Positions 21,234 to 30,580 of a stretch of DNA of 64,000 bases are shown one piece after another. Source of the stretch: Deltaproteobacteria bacterium (GTDB lineage Bacteria > Myxococcota_A > Polyangia > Polyangiales > Houyiibacteriaceae); NCBI GenBank assembly GCA_034670305.1, contig JAXMNT010000013.1, positions 64,001 through 128,000 of the forward strand, given 5' to 3'. Every line of letters starts with the position of its first letter. Position 1 is the stretch's first letter. The position numbers and the translations under genes were made by a program. The notes beneath the pieces were generated by a model. The model saw only the letters and a list, made by a program, of their open reading frames with translations. It was not told where the DNA came from and searched no databases.

Positions 21234-22436
21234 CTAGATCAAGATCACGTTGCAGGGGAACTCCGCTTCGAGCGTCACGCCCGGCGTGTTCTGCAGCCGT
21301 TCGCAGGATTCTCCGCGGAGCTCGATGTGGCTCTCGTCGACGGGGACCCAGCCGTTCTCCTCGTCGCACGGCGGGACCTCGTCACCGTTGAGGCGGACTT
21401 CGCCTTCGCAGGCTTCGTCGGGGTTCACGCGGCCCATCAACTCGACGACGCAGGAGAGTTCCCCGCCGATGATGTCGCCGAGCGCCGCGCGCAATCCGTC
21501 GTCGTCGCCGGCGACCCAGAACTCGGCGTCGGGATCCCCGCCGCGTCGCCCGAGGCCGGCGTTGGCGACGTCTTGCAGATGCTCCGAGCTGATCGTGCCT
21601 TCGCCCACGCTGATGATGAACGTGCGGATGCCGGCCAGGTACGCGCGGCCCACCGCGGCGATGGCTTCTTCTTGACCCTCCTGCGGGTTCGCTTGTTCGC
21701 AGGTGTCCGGCTCTCCGTCGGTCGCCAGGATGAAGATGGTCGGGTCTTCGCTCGGATCCGGAATCGATCCGATCCAGTCCAGAATGAAGTCGACCGAGTC
21801 GCCGGTGGGTGTCTCGTCGATCGGATCCTCGTCCGAGTAGACCGCATCGATCGCGTCGAAGTTGGAGAGCGCCGGGTCGACCAGGGTCACGAGCGGGCAC
21901 ATGCCCATGGCCGGTCCGCGCGGCTCAGAGGAGCGCGCACTGTAGAGCGCGAGGCCGAACCGAACGGTGTCTTCGAGTTCGCGGACCAAACCCGTGTCGT
22001 CCATCAACGAGTTGCGCAGGCCGCGCCAGCGGTCGGCCGCGCCCGGGAAGTCGGCGGTCATGCTGCCGCTCTGGTCGACGATGAGGATGACGTTCGGGGT
22101 CACCCGGCGGGCTTCGATGCGGACGGACGCACACATGTCGGGCGCGTCGCCGTTCGGGGCATCCACCCGGGGCCGGGCATCGCCTTCGATCGCGACGCAC
22201 TCACCCTCGGCGGTGCACGCTTCGGAATCCGAGCAGCCCGCGTGGGTCACCGGATCGCAGTCCGCCGCGCATCGATCGCTCGAGTTGCAATAGAGCCCGC
22301 CCGGGCACGGACGGTCCGCGCACGCACGCCCACACGCCACGTTGGGCTCCTCGCCTGCGCAGGCGCCCGCGCTCGGGCCGCCGCTGCAGTCACAGGCTGC
22401 AACCAAGATCGCACCGAGCAGTAGAATGGGTCGCAT
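21234..22436 (-). CDS. vWA-domain Cys-rich lipoprotein
   Basis: VAAC lipobox; MIDAS DQSGSM, TPTG, ILATDGEP. Confidence 0.88.
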   Translation of the reverse strand: MRPILLLGAILVAACDCSGGPSAGACAGEEPNVACGRACADRPCPGGLYCNSSDRCAADCDPVTHAGCSDSEACTAEGECVAIEGDARPRVDAPNGDAPDMCASVRIEARRVTPNVILIVDQSGSMTADFPGAADRWRGLRNSLMDDTGLVRELEDTVRFGLALYSARSSEPRGPAMGMCPLVTLVDPALSNFDAIDAVYSDEDPIDETPTGDSVDFILDWIGSIPDPSEDPTIFILATDGEPDTCEQANPQEGQEEAIAAVGRAYLAGIRTFIISVGEGTISSEHLQDVANAGLGRRGGDPDAEFWVAGDDDGLRAALGDIIGGELSCVVELMGRVNPDEACEGEVRLNGDEVPPCDEENGWVPVDESHIELRGESCERLQNTPGVTLEAEFPCNVILI

Positions 22437-24821
22437 GTGGCAAGTATAGCGCGTCCGTGGCTGGTACTGTCGGGATCCCCCCCGCACGCCCGCGCTGCCC
22501 CGACCTTGCTTCCTTTCGCCCGTTCTTGTGCTCTGCTGCTCGCCTCCTGGCTGATGGGATCGGCGGCCTCGGCGCAGCCGATCCCGGTCGAGCGCCACCC
22601 CTCGCGGGCCGCTGCGCCAGATGCGGCGCCGGAAGCCCGGAGGAATGCAGAAGATCCGGATGCAGAAGATCCGGATGCAGAACATGCGGCGGATGCGTTT
22701 GGGGCCACCGCCCGGGTCGGATTCGAAGACGAGGACGAGGGGGGCGACGCCTCGTCCCAAGTGACGCGGGCGGAGCTGGACGAGCGCATCCCTCGGTCCA
22801 CGCCCGACGCGCTGCGGTTCGAGCCTGGCGTCGCGGTTCAACAGACGGCCCACGGCCAGGCGAGCGTCTACGTGCGGGGGCTCACCGGACAGCAGGTGGT
22901 GCACGTGTTCGACGGGGTGCGGCTCAACAACGGCATCTACCGACAGGGGCCGAACCAGTACTTCTTTACCGTCGACCAGCGCACGGTGGGGGCGTTCGAG
23001 GTGGTCCGCGGCAGCGCGTCGGTGCGGCATGGATCCGACGCGCTCGGAGGTGCGCTGCTCGCCACGCCCCTCTCCCCGCTCCTCGAAGAAGGGCTGCATG
23101 GAGTCCGCGCGATCCCGCGTCTCGTGCTGCAGTATGGAAGCGCGGACCGGGAGCTCGGCGGCCGCGCGCAACTCGAGCTGCGTCTTGGAGAGCACACCTC
23201 GGTGCTGGTCGGAGGTGGCTACCGAGACGTCGACCAACTCCGCACCGGGGGTGTGGTCGGGCACCGAACGCCGCCGCGCGAAGTCGGGGATCGCGGAGAC
23301 GTGGCGCCCTGGACGCCCCGGTTCGAAGAGGAGCTGCGGCACCCCGACGACCCCTCGAAGTGGCGCACGCAGCTCGGCACCGGGTTCCGCGAGGCGACCT
23401 TCGACATGCGTTTCGTACACCGGTTCGCACCGACGCTCACGCTCACGGCGGCCACCTATGGCTACCGCCAGTTCGACGCGCCCCGGACCGACCAGTGTCC
23501 TCCGCCCGAAGCCCCACTCGACGAGTGTCTGACCGTCGACAAGCAGTTCCGAACATTGACCTACGTCAGCCTGACCGGCGACGCCGGTCCGCTTCGAGAC
23601 CTTCGACTCACCGCCAGCTTTCAACGGCACGACGAGACCCGGGTTCGGGATCGACCACGGTCCCGCGTCGTGTCCCGTGAACGGGATCGGCTCGACACCC
23701 TCGGGATCTCCTTCGACGCGCGGACGCCGGTCGCGCAGCTCGGTCCGGCTGCGGTGCGGGGCCGGTTCGGGTTCGATGCGTACCGGGACCAGCTGACCAT
23801 CAGCAACGCGACGCGCACCTTCACCGACCTCGAGGTCACGACCGAACTCTCGCGCGGGCGTTACCTCGAAGGTTCGCACCACCTGCTCGTCGGGGTCTGG
23901 GCCGAACTCGAGGTCCAGCCAGCGTCCTGGGTCACCCTCCGGAGTGGCGCCCGCGTGGCCGGCGTGAGCGTGGGCGCGCCGCCGGATCCGGCGTCGGGCA
24001 GCCCGTCCGTCGACCGCAACTTTGGTGCGGTCGTCGGGCGTGGATCGCTGACGTTTCGGCCGCACGACGCGCTGCGGCTCCATGTCAACGTCGACCAAGG
24101 GTTTCGCGCACCCAACCTGGACGACCTGACGTCCAGGCAACAGGTGGGTCCCGGCTTTCAACTGGACAACCCGGGGCTCGAACCCGAGCGCACGCTGACG
24201 ACCGAAGTCGGTGTGCGGGTGCTGCACCCGGTGGTGCGGTTCGACGTGTGGGCGTTCGCCACGACCATCGACCGAGGCATCCAGCGCGCGATTCGGGAAG
24301 GCGCGGTGTGTCCGCCGGAGACGCCTGGATGCGCGAGTTCGCGGACCACCTTCCAGCTCGTGAACGCCACCGAGCGCTCCGTGCTGCTCGGCATGGAGGG
24401 CGGTCTCACGTTGGCGCTGCCGCGGGATGTTCGGGTGCGGGCCACCGCGAGCTACGCCTACGGCCAGGGGCCGGACCTCAACGGTGGCCCCGAACGGCGT
24501 CCGCTCTCTCGCGTGCCTCCCCTTCAGGGAACACTCCAGCTGCGCTGGCGTCACCGCGCGACCGGACTCAGCCTTGGAGGCGCGCTGCGATGGTCCGACG
24601 CGCAGGGGCGCCTGGCCGTCGCCGACGCGAGCGACCCCCGCATTCCACTCGGCGGCACGCCGGGCTATGCGGTCATCGACCTGCGCGCGGGCTGGCGGTT
24701 CCGCAACGACCTCGCTCTGAGCCTCGTCTTCGAGAACGTCGCGGACGCCGCCTACCGCATCCACGGAAGCAGCATCAATGGTCCTGGCCGCGGGGTGATG
24801 CTCTGGCTGCGCGCGGGCTGA
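22437..24821 (+). CDS. TonB-dependent receptor (true start probably somewhat downstream)
   Basis: Plug PDALRFEPGV, YVRGL, FDGVRLN, EVVRGSASVRHGSDALGG; GFRAPNLDDL; LEPE; ENVADAAY; PGRG. Confidence 0.93.
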   Translation: MASIARPWLVLSGSPPHARAAPTLLPFARSCALLLASWLMGSAASAQPIPVERHPSRAAAPDAAPEARRNAEDPDAEDPDAEHAADAFGATARVGFEDEDEGGDASSQVTRAELDERIPRSTPDALRFEPGVAVQQTAHGQASVYVRGLTGQQVVHVFDGVRLNNGIYRQGPNQYFFTVDQRTVGAFEVVRGSASVRHGSDALGGALLATPLSPLLEEGLHGVRAIPRLVLQYGSADRELGGRAQLELRLGEHTSVLVGGGYRDVDQLRTGGVVGHRTPPREVGDRGDVAPWTPRFEEELRHPDDPSKWRTQLGTGFREATFDMRFVHRFAPTLTLTAATYGYRQFDAPRTDQCPPPEAPLDECLTVDKQFRTLTYVSLTGDAGPLRDLRLTASFQRHDETRVRDRPRSRVVSRERDRLDTLGISFDARTPVAQLGPAAVRGRFGFDAYRDQLTISNATRTFTDLEVTTELSRGRYLEGSHHLLVGVWAELEVQPASWVTLRSGARVAGVSVGAPPDPASGSPSVDRNFGAVVGRGSLTFRPHDALRLHVNVDQGFRAPNLDDLTSRQQVGPGFQLDNPGLEPERTLTTEVGVRVLHPVVRFDVWAFATTIDRGIQRAIREGAVCPPETPGCASSRTTFQLVNATERSVLLGMEGGLTLALPRDVRVRATASYAYGQGPDLNGGPERRPLSRVPPLQGTLQLRWRHRATGLSLGGALRWSDAQGRLAVADASDPRIPLGGTPGYAVIDLRAGWRFRNDLALSLVFENVADAAYRIHGSSINGPGRGVMLWLRAG

Positions 24822-24938
24822 GGGGTCTCCTCGAGGTGGGTCACGTGGGCGCTCGGCTCTCCAACCAGCGGAAGCTGCGTGGAACCTACGCCGAGACTTG
24901 CAGCCATCCACTTCCGTCATGGGGTTGCCCGGCGGCGC

Positions 24939-25817
24939 ATGTGGGGCAACAACCTCGAGGTGAGTACGTTCGACGAACTGGTGGGGCGGCTGCCTCGGCC
25001 CGAGGAGGTGGACGCGGCGGTGCACCCGCGGGTGCTGACCTTGCCGGCGGACGACGGGGATGCGTTCGACTTCGCGTTCGTCGCGTGGCGTGATCCGGGC
25101 GGCGCCAAAGCGCTGCACGAAGCGCTCGGCCCAATCGTGGAAGCGACACTCCTCGCCGAACTCTCCAACCCGGAACCGGGCCCGGAGCGATTGAACGCGC
25201 TGCACTTCGTCTCGGTCGAACCCATCGACGAACTGCAACGGGCACTGCAGGCGTTCGGGTTCGTGCGGAGCGAGCCGTCGAGCGAACTGGCCGCATGCAT
25301 CCGCGGCGAAGCCTCCGCCTGTGGGCTGGCGGTGCCGGACGCGTTCGGGAGTGTCTGGACTGCGACCGTGGGTGGTGTCGATGCGTCCGCCATCACCGAG
25401 GAGTTGGCCAAGTTCGAGTGGCCGGCGTTCGGGGTGCAACCGGGCGCGCTGGCGCGGCTGCTCGGCACGACGATCGACGCGCCGCCGACGCCGCTCGGGC
25501 TCGACCAGGTGGAAGCAAAACTCGTCGACCGCACGCCCGGTGTGGTTCGGTGGATCGAGCCCCGGGCGTTCCTCGCGCTCTGCGACTTCGTCGCGGTGGT
25601 GTTGGCGCGGGCGTTCGAGAAGACCGTGCAATGGGCGCCAAGCGACACCGACGAAGACGGGTTCGTCTCTCCGCCGCTCGTGCGGATGAAGGGAACCGAG
25701 GGTTGGGTGCACCTGCCGCTCGGCCTGCACGTGCTGCGCTGGTGCGTGATGCCGCTCTTGCCGGGCGAAGAGGTCCCTCCGCTGAGCCACTGGGCCGAAG
25801 ATCAAAGCCGGGTCTAG
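24939..25817 (+). CDS. Hypothetical protein
   Basis: Long ORF with natural amino-acid composition in a gene-sized gap; no motif recognised. Confidence 0.6.
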   Translation: MWGNNLEVSTFDELVGRLPRPEEVDAAVHPRVLTLPADDGDAFDFAFVAWRDPGGAKALHEALGPIVEATLLAELSNPEPGPERLNALHFVSVEPIDELQRALQAFGFVRSEPSSELAACIRGEASACGLAVPDAFGSVWTATVGGVDASAITEELAKFEWPAFGVQPGALARLLGTTIDAPPTPLGLDQVEAKLVDRTPGVVRWIEPRAFLALCDFVAVVLARAFEKTVQWAPSDTDEDGFVSPPLVRMKGTEGWVHLPLGLHVLRWCVMPLLPGEEVPPLSHWAEDQSRV

Positions 25818-25868
25818 GAGTCTGCGGGTCGGGATCGCTTGGGGTCGCAAGCGCGCTATGCTCCCGCT

Positions 25869-26090
25869 GTGTCGTACGACTTCGTTCCCGATGTGCGCGA
25901 TGGATTGACGCGGGCCGAGCGGGTGATCCTCTGGCAGCTCCACGAACTGCAGAAGGAACTGGGGGGTGAGGAGGGGTTTGCCGAAGCGCGGCACGTGCCC
26001 ACCGCCATGCTCTACGGCCGCGTCGTCGAACACGTGAACCTCTCGGTGCAAGCGTTTCAGCGCATCCTCCAGCGACTGACCGGGCATTGA
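25869..26090 (+). CDS. Small protein with a GyrA/ParC N-terminal-like motif
   Basis: YDFVPDVRDGLTRAERVILWQLHEL resembles GyrA LPDVRDGLKPVHRRILYAM. Confidence 0.65.
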   Translation: MSYDFVPDVRDGLTRAERVILWQLHELQKELGGEEGFAEARHVPTAMLYGRVVEHVNLSVQAFQRILQRLTGH

Positions 26091-26866
26091 GCGATCGCGC
26101 GACGTGTTGTGCGCAGTGTCGCTGGGTCGGGCACGGCTCGGGGTGCCCGTTCGATCCCGAACATCAGGTGTTCGACGTCGACGACCCCCATCTGCTCGAA
26201 CGGGTCTGGTCGGCGAAGCCCACGGACATGCCCATCTGGTCGGTGGTCGTGCTCTGTGGGGTGATGGCGTTGTTCGGAGCCGTGGCGAGGCATCCGATCG
26301 CGATCGTGGCGATCTACGTCGGGGCGCTCGTGCTGCTGGTGGTGGCGATTCGAGCGCGGCGACGCGGGGTCCTGCGCCCGGCCGCTGCGTTGCCCACACG
26401 AACCGACGACGACCAGCGCCTCACGGGCGTCGCGTCGGGAGACCCGAGCACGATCGGGCCGTTTCTGGGCGCGTTGGCGGGGCTCGTGGTGTTCGAATCC
26501 GAAGCTGGCGTCACCATGGTTCACGGCACGACACCGAACGGGTTTTGCGTCGATGGGCCCGACGGGGCGGCCGTGGCCGTTCCGCCGGGTCCGGTCTGGA
26601 TCGACGGTGGCGAACGGCATCTGCTCTCCCAGGCAGAGATCGCGGACATCCGAAGCTCGCTCGAGCCCACGGCCCGCTTGGGCACAGGTCTGCCGGCGCG
26701 CCGAGGGTTCTGCCGTCTCATCCGGCCAGGCGACACGATCGAGGTCCACGGAACACTCGAACGTGTCCCGACCCAGGATGACAAGGCGTATCGGGAGAAC
26801 GCCGGTGGCGCGCGGGAACCGGTCGAGTCCGTGGTGCGGCTGCGGATCGTGTCGCTCCGGCCCTGA
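26087..26866 (+). CDS. Hypothetical membrane protein
   Basis: N-terminal CxxC...C, two hydrophobic segments; 4-bp overlap with the previous ORF. Confidence 0.55.
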   Translation: MSDRATCCAQCRWVGHGSGCPFDPEHQVFDVDDPHLLERVWSAKPTDMPIWSVVVLCGVMALFGAVARHPIAIVAIYVGALVLLVVAIRARRRGVLRPAAALPTRTDDDQRLTGVASGDPSTIGPFLGALAGLVVFESEAGVTMVHGTTPNGFCVDGPDGAAVAVPPGPVWIDGGERHLLSQAEIADIRSSLEPTARLGTGLPARRGFCRLIRPGDTIEVHGTLERVPTQDDKAYRENAGGAREPVESVVRLRIVSLRP

Positions 26867-26947
26867 CGAAGGGCCGCTTGCACGCGGGTGGACTGGTTGC
26901 AGACCCTGTGTCTTGTTCGAGTCGGGAGAACGGATAGACTCGCGCGC

Positions 26948-27859
26948 ATGTCTCAGCGCGCCGCTTCCTTGCTGCTTGTCACGTTCCTCCTCGCCTGCGG
27001 CGACTCGTCCGCCGACGTGGACGCTGGCGACGGGGTCGACGCCGCCACGGACACCGGCGGCTCGGTGGATGCGGACGATGGCGTCGACGCGCCGAGACCG
27101 CCTCCGTTCGTGGGACCCACCGGCGGCACAGACGGCTGCGGAGAAGCGGCACCCGAAGCCGGCACGTTCATGATCGACGTGGCCGGCGAGACCCGGGAGT
27201 ACATCCTGGCGTACTCGGGCGACTACGACGCGAGCACCCCCGTCCCGCTCATCTTCGCGTTCCATGGACTCGGCGACTCGGCGACCAACTTCCGGAACCT
27301 GCGGTTCGAGGACGTCTCCGGCGGCATCACCGTGTACCTGAACGGCACGCCGCAGGAGTCGCTGGCCAACGCGCGCGGCTGGGTGCTCGATGTCGCCGGC
27401 AAGGACGTCGACTTGTTCGACGCGGTGCTGGCCGAGATCAGCGCGTCGATGTGTGTCGACCGCGCGCGGGTCTTCTCGACTGGCTTCAGCTACGGCGGCT
27501 TCTTCACCAACGTGCTCGGCTGCGCCCGCGGCGATCTCATCCGCGCGGTGGCGCCGGTCTCCGGCGGCGGCAACGCCAGCGGATGCGTCGGCCAGGCGGC
27601 CGTGGTCGCCATTCACGGCACCTCCGACACGGTCGTGCCTTCCACCGTCGGACGCGGCGGCTTCACCCGCTGGCTCTTCCGCAACGGGTGCAGCGGGGAG
27701 AGCGAGCCGGACGGCGAGCGCTGCCGGCGCAACCTGAACTGCGACGACGGCTACCCGGCGATGTGGTGCGAACACGACGGAGACCATGTGTACCCGCCGT
27801 GGGTCCGCGGCGAGATCTGGCGCTTCTTCGAAGCCCTCCCCGAGAACCCGGGCACCTGA
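26948..27859 (+). CDS. Alpha/beta-hydrolase lipoprotein (PHB depolymerase/feruloyl esterase-like)
   Basis: LLAC lipobox; PLIFAFHG, CVDRARVFSTGFSYGG (GxSxG), IHGTSD, C-terminal H. Confidence 0.88.
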   Translation: MSQRAASLLLVTFLLACGDSSADVDAGDGVDAATDTGGSVDADDGVDAPRPPPFVGPTGGTDGCGEAAPEAGTFMIDVAGETREYILAYSGDYDASTPVPLIFAFHGLGDSATNFRNLRFEDVSGGITVYLNGTPQESLANARGWVLDVAGKDVDLFDAVLAEISASMCVDRARVFSTGFSYGGFFTNVLGCARGDLIRAVAPVSGGGNASGCVGQAAVVAIHGTSDTVVPSTVGRGGFTRWLFRNGCSGESEPDGERCRRNLNCDDGYPAMWCEHDGDHVYPPWVRGEIWRFFEALPENPGT

Positions 27860-27956
27860 ACGGCGGGGCCAGCGTCCCCATGCCCGGTGAACGCGAACGC
27901 CCGGATCGGCCGTCTGGTCAGACGACCCATCAGATGTCGTCCGATCGGATCTCCGG

Positions 27957-28565
27957 TCAGCCACCGCCGAGTTCGGCTTCTTTGGCCGTCGCGCGCTTGA
28001 ACGCTGGGCGGCTGGTACAGCGCTCCACGTACGCCGCGATCGGACCCTCGTTCGGCTCGATGCCGAACAGCACGCCCCACCGCAAGGTCGATCCCATCAT
28101 CACGTCGGCGGCGGTGAACTGGTCGCCGGCCAAGTATTCGGTCGCATCCACGGCGGCGCGCGCGGTCGCCATCGCATCGGCCAGGCTTCCCCAGGCCAGC
28201 CGACTGCTCGACTCCTTCCAATCGAAGAAGTGTTCGCAGTACGCCGGCTCGAGCACGCCCACCGAGTAGAAGAGCCAACGCAGGTAGGCCGCGCGGTGCG
28301 GACTGTCGAACGCGGGTGCCAGCGTGCCCATCGCGTACTTGTCCGCGAGGTAACAACAGATGGCGGCCCGCTCGCTGATCGGCACCCCGTCATCCACGAC
28401 GACCGGCACTTTTCCAAGTCCGTTGAGCGCCATGTGGGGGTCGGCTTTGTGTTCGGCCTTCTCCATGTCGAGCAGGTGGATCTCATAGGGCCGGCCGAGC
28501 TCTTCGAGCATCCACAGTCCCACGAACGAACGGGTCTTCACCGCATGGTGCAACGTCAATGTCAT
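27957..28565 (-). CDS. Glutathione S-transferase family protein
   Basis: WMLEELG, NGLGKVPV, ISERAAICCYLADKY, YLAGDQFTAAD. Confidence 0.93.
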   Translation of the reverse strand: MTLTLHHAVKTRSFVGLWMLEELGRPYEIHLLDMEKAEHKADPHMALNGLGKVPVVVDDGVPISERAAICCYLADKYAMGTLAPAFDSPHRAAYLRWLFYSVGVLEPAYCEHFFDWKESSSRLAWGSLADAMATARAAVDATEYLAGDQFTAADVMMGSTLRWGVLFGIEPNEGPIAAYVERCTSRPAFKRATAKEAELGGG

Positions 28566-28596
28566 GCCGCGAACCCTAGCCCACGGGTGTGACACT

Positions 28597-30474
28597 TCAG
28601 GTGCCGGCGCGGTGGATGTATGCGAGCACCGCCGCGAGCACCATCTCACTCGACGTGGCGACCCCGAACAGCTGCAGCGCGTGATCCGGATAGACAATGC
28701 ACGCGGTCCCCGAGATCACACTCAGGATCGCGATCCAGGCGATCCAGCGGAGGAGCACCACCGAGCCCACGAACAGGGCGGCCGCGAGCACGAAGCAATC
28801 GGTCGCGAACACCTGGGCGACGTCTGGTTCGATCTGAAAGAACTCGAGGCCCACGAACACCGACAGCCGGTGCAACAGCATCACCCCCATCATCGCCAGG
28901 AGCATGAACACCGCCTGGCGGTTGAACGTGCTCACCCACAAACGTTTGCGAAGCACGACGGTGCCGCCGATCATGATGAGGGTCGACACAATCGGTATGG
29001 CGAGCATGTGGGTGATCGTCACGTCGTCTTGGTCGAGGACGAAGCTGTAGGCCCCGATCGCGATCCCGACGAGCGACAACCCGAAGAGCGCGAACGCCCG
29101 CGAACCGGACGCCACCCTCGGGTCGTGCTCCCGTGCGAGGCGCTCCAGTTCGGCCTGTCGTTCACGCTGGGACTGGAGCAGTCCTTCGAGTTCTCGAAGG
29201 GTGTCGAGGGCCAGGGTGTTGTCGGGCCACTGGGCGATGGACTGTTCGAGGCCGAACTGGGCCGCGGCGAGGTGCTGGTCGACCTCGCGCCGCGCATCGA
29301 CGTCGAGCGCCTCCTCCGTTTCGAGCAGCCGAGACGCCTGTTCGAAACGCAGGCCCGCTTCGGTCGCCAGCGCGGCCGCGTCGCGGTGCCGCACGAACGC
29401 CTTCACCGCATCCCGGAACGCACCCACGTCCGCAGGGCGCGCGTCCGGGTCGACGTGGCAGGCCTGGTTCGCGAGACGGGCCAGCTCGCCCGGCACCTCT
29501 TCGTCGAACTCGAACGGCTTCGACTGCCGCGCGCTCAACAGGGCCGCGATGGCGGTCTGCGCGTCGTGCCGGGGTCGACCGGTCAGGACCTCATGCAACA
29601 CCGCGCCGAGCAGGTACACGTCGGTGCGCTCGTCGATGCGCCCACCGCCCACCATCTCGGGGGCCATGTAGTTCGGGGTGCCGCAGAGTCGGGTTTCGGT
29701 CTCTCCCACCAAACCTGCGACGCCCCAATCGGCGAGGTACACGTCGCCAAACTTCCCGATGAGCACGTTCTCCGGCTTGATGTCTCGGTGCACGACGCCG
29801 TGCTGGTGCGCGAAGCGCAGCGCCTGGCACACCTGCAAGACGATCTGCAGGTGCCCGAGCAGGCGGTTGTCGGGCTCCCCGTCCCAGCCCTCCCACCCCT
29901 CGTGGGCGGGATCCTGGAGCAGGGCATCCCAGGTGCTCCCCTCGATGCGTTTCATCACCAACGCGGGGCGGCCCGCTTCGTCGAGCCCGATGGAGTGCAC
30001 GGGGACGATGGCCGGATGTTCGAGTCGACCGGTGACGCGACCTTCCACGAGCAGCGCGTCGCGCGCGGACTCGGGGGCACCGTCTTTGGTGGTCTTCACG
30101 GCGACTTCTCGGCCGAGCGAATGCTGCTTCGCGAGGAGCACCCGCCCCATGCCGCCCTCCCCGATCAGTCCTGTCACCTCGAGATCGGCGGAGGCGCCTC
30201 GCGGTGCCGCAGGCGGACTCATCGAGCCGCGCAGGTCGAGCGAGAGACGGGGCAACGGCCGTTGCGTCTGGGTGGCCGCGGGCTCGACGTCGGCCGGGAG
30301 CGTCAGGTCCGCGGAAGCTGCCGGATCGGCCCCTGGCGCGGCCGGCCGGACCACGGACTGCGGCGGTAGGATCGTGGCGCCCGGTGGCAAGAGCGCCGTG
30401 TCCGCGGCCCCGAGCGCGTGGAGCTGGGCCTGCAGACGCTCCACTCCGTCGGGCACATCCTCCATCGACGCCAT
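28597..30474 (-). CDS. Ser/Thr protein kinase with a C-terminal multi-TM domain
   Basis: GEGGMG, VAVK, HRDIKPEN, DWG, GTPNYMAPE; about 5 hydrophobic helices at the C-terminus. Confidence 0.92.
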   Translation of the reverse strand: MASMEDVPDGVERLQAQLHALGAADTALLPPGATILPPQSVVRPAAPGADPAASADLTLPADVEPAATQTQRPLPRLSLDLRGSMSPPAAPRGASADLEVTGLIGEGGMGRVLLAKQHSLGREVAVKTTKDGAPESARDALLVEGRVTGRLEHPAIVPVHSIGLDEAGRPALVMKRIEGSTWDALLQDPAHEGWEGWDGEPDNRLLGHLQIVLQVCQALRFAHQHGVVHRDIKPENVLIGKFGDVYLADWGVAGLVGETETRLCGTPNYMAPEMVGGGRIDERTDVYLLGAVLHEVLTGRPRHDAQTAIAALLSARQSKPFEFDEEVPGELARLANQACHVDPDARPADVGAFRDAVKAFVRHRDAAALATEAGLRFEQASRLLETEEALDVDARREVDQHLAAAQFGLEQSIAQWPDNTLALDTLRELEGLLQSQRERQAELERLAREHDPRVASGSRAFALFGLSLVGIAIGAYSFVLDQDDVTITHMLAIPIVSTLIMIGGTVVLRKRLWVSTFNRQAVFMLLAMMGVMLLHRLSVFVGLEFFQIEPDVAQVFATDCFVLAAALFVGSVVLLRWIAWIAILSVISGTACIVYPDHALQLFGVATSSEMVLAAVLAYIHRAGT

Positions 30475-30580
30475 GCTCGCCCATCGGGCCCGCGACGTAC
30501 ACCGGATCGACTCCGAGAACGGCCTCGGATCTCTGGAAAACCCCGAGCGATGTCACTCAGCCTTGATACGGTAGCGGCCC

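Noticed and set aside
19752-22424. 890-aa ORF with LSLP and QNQR repeats
   Set aside because: Translation of satellites plus antisense of the SnoaL and vWA genes.
25869-26090. gyrA gene call
   Set aside because: Far too short and lacks the catalytic motifs; kept only as a motif-bearing small ORF.
22437-26399. N-terminal ~1320 aa of the 1721-aa minus-strand ORF
   Set aside because: Antisense shadow of the TonB receptor and its neighbours; only the part from the ATG at 22436 looks like a real protein.
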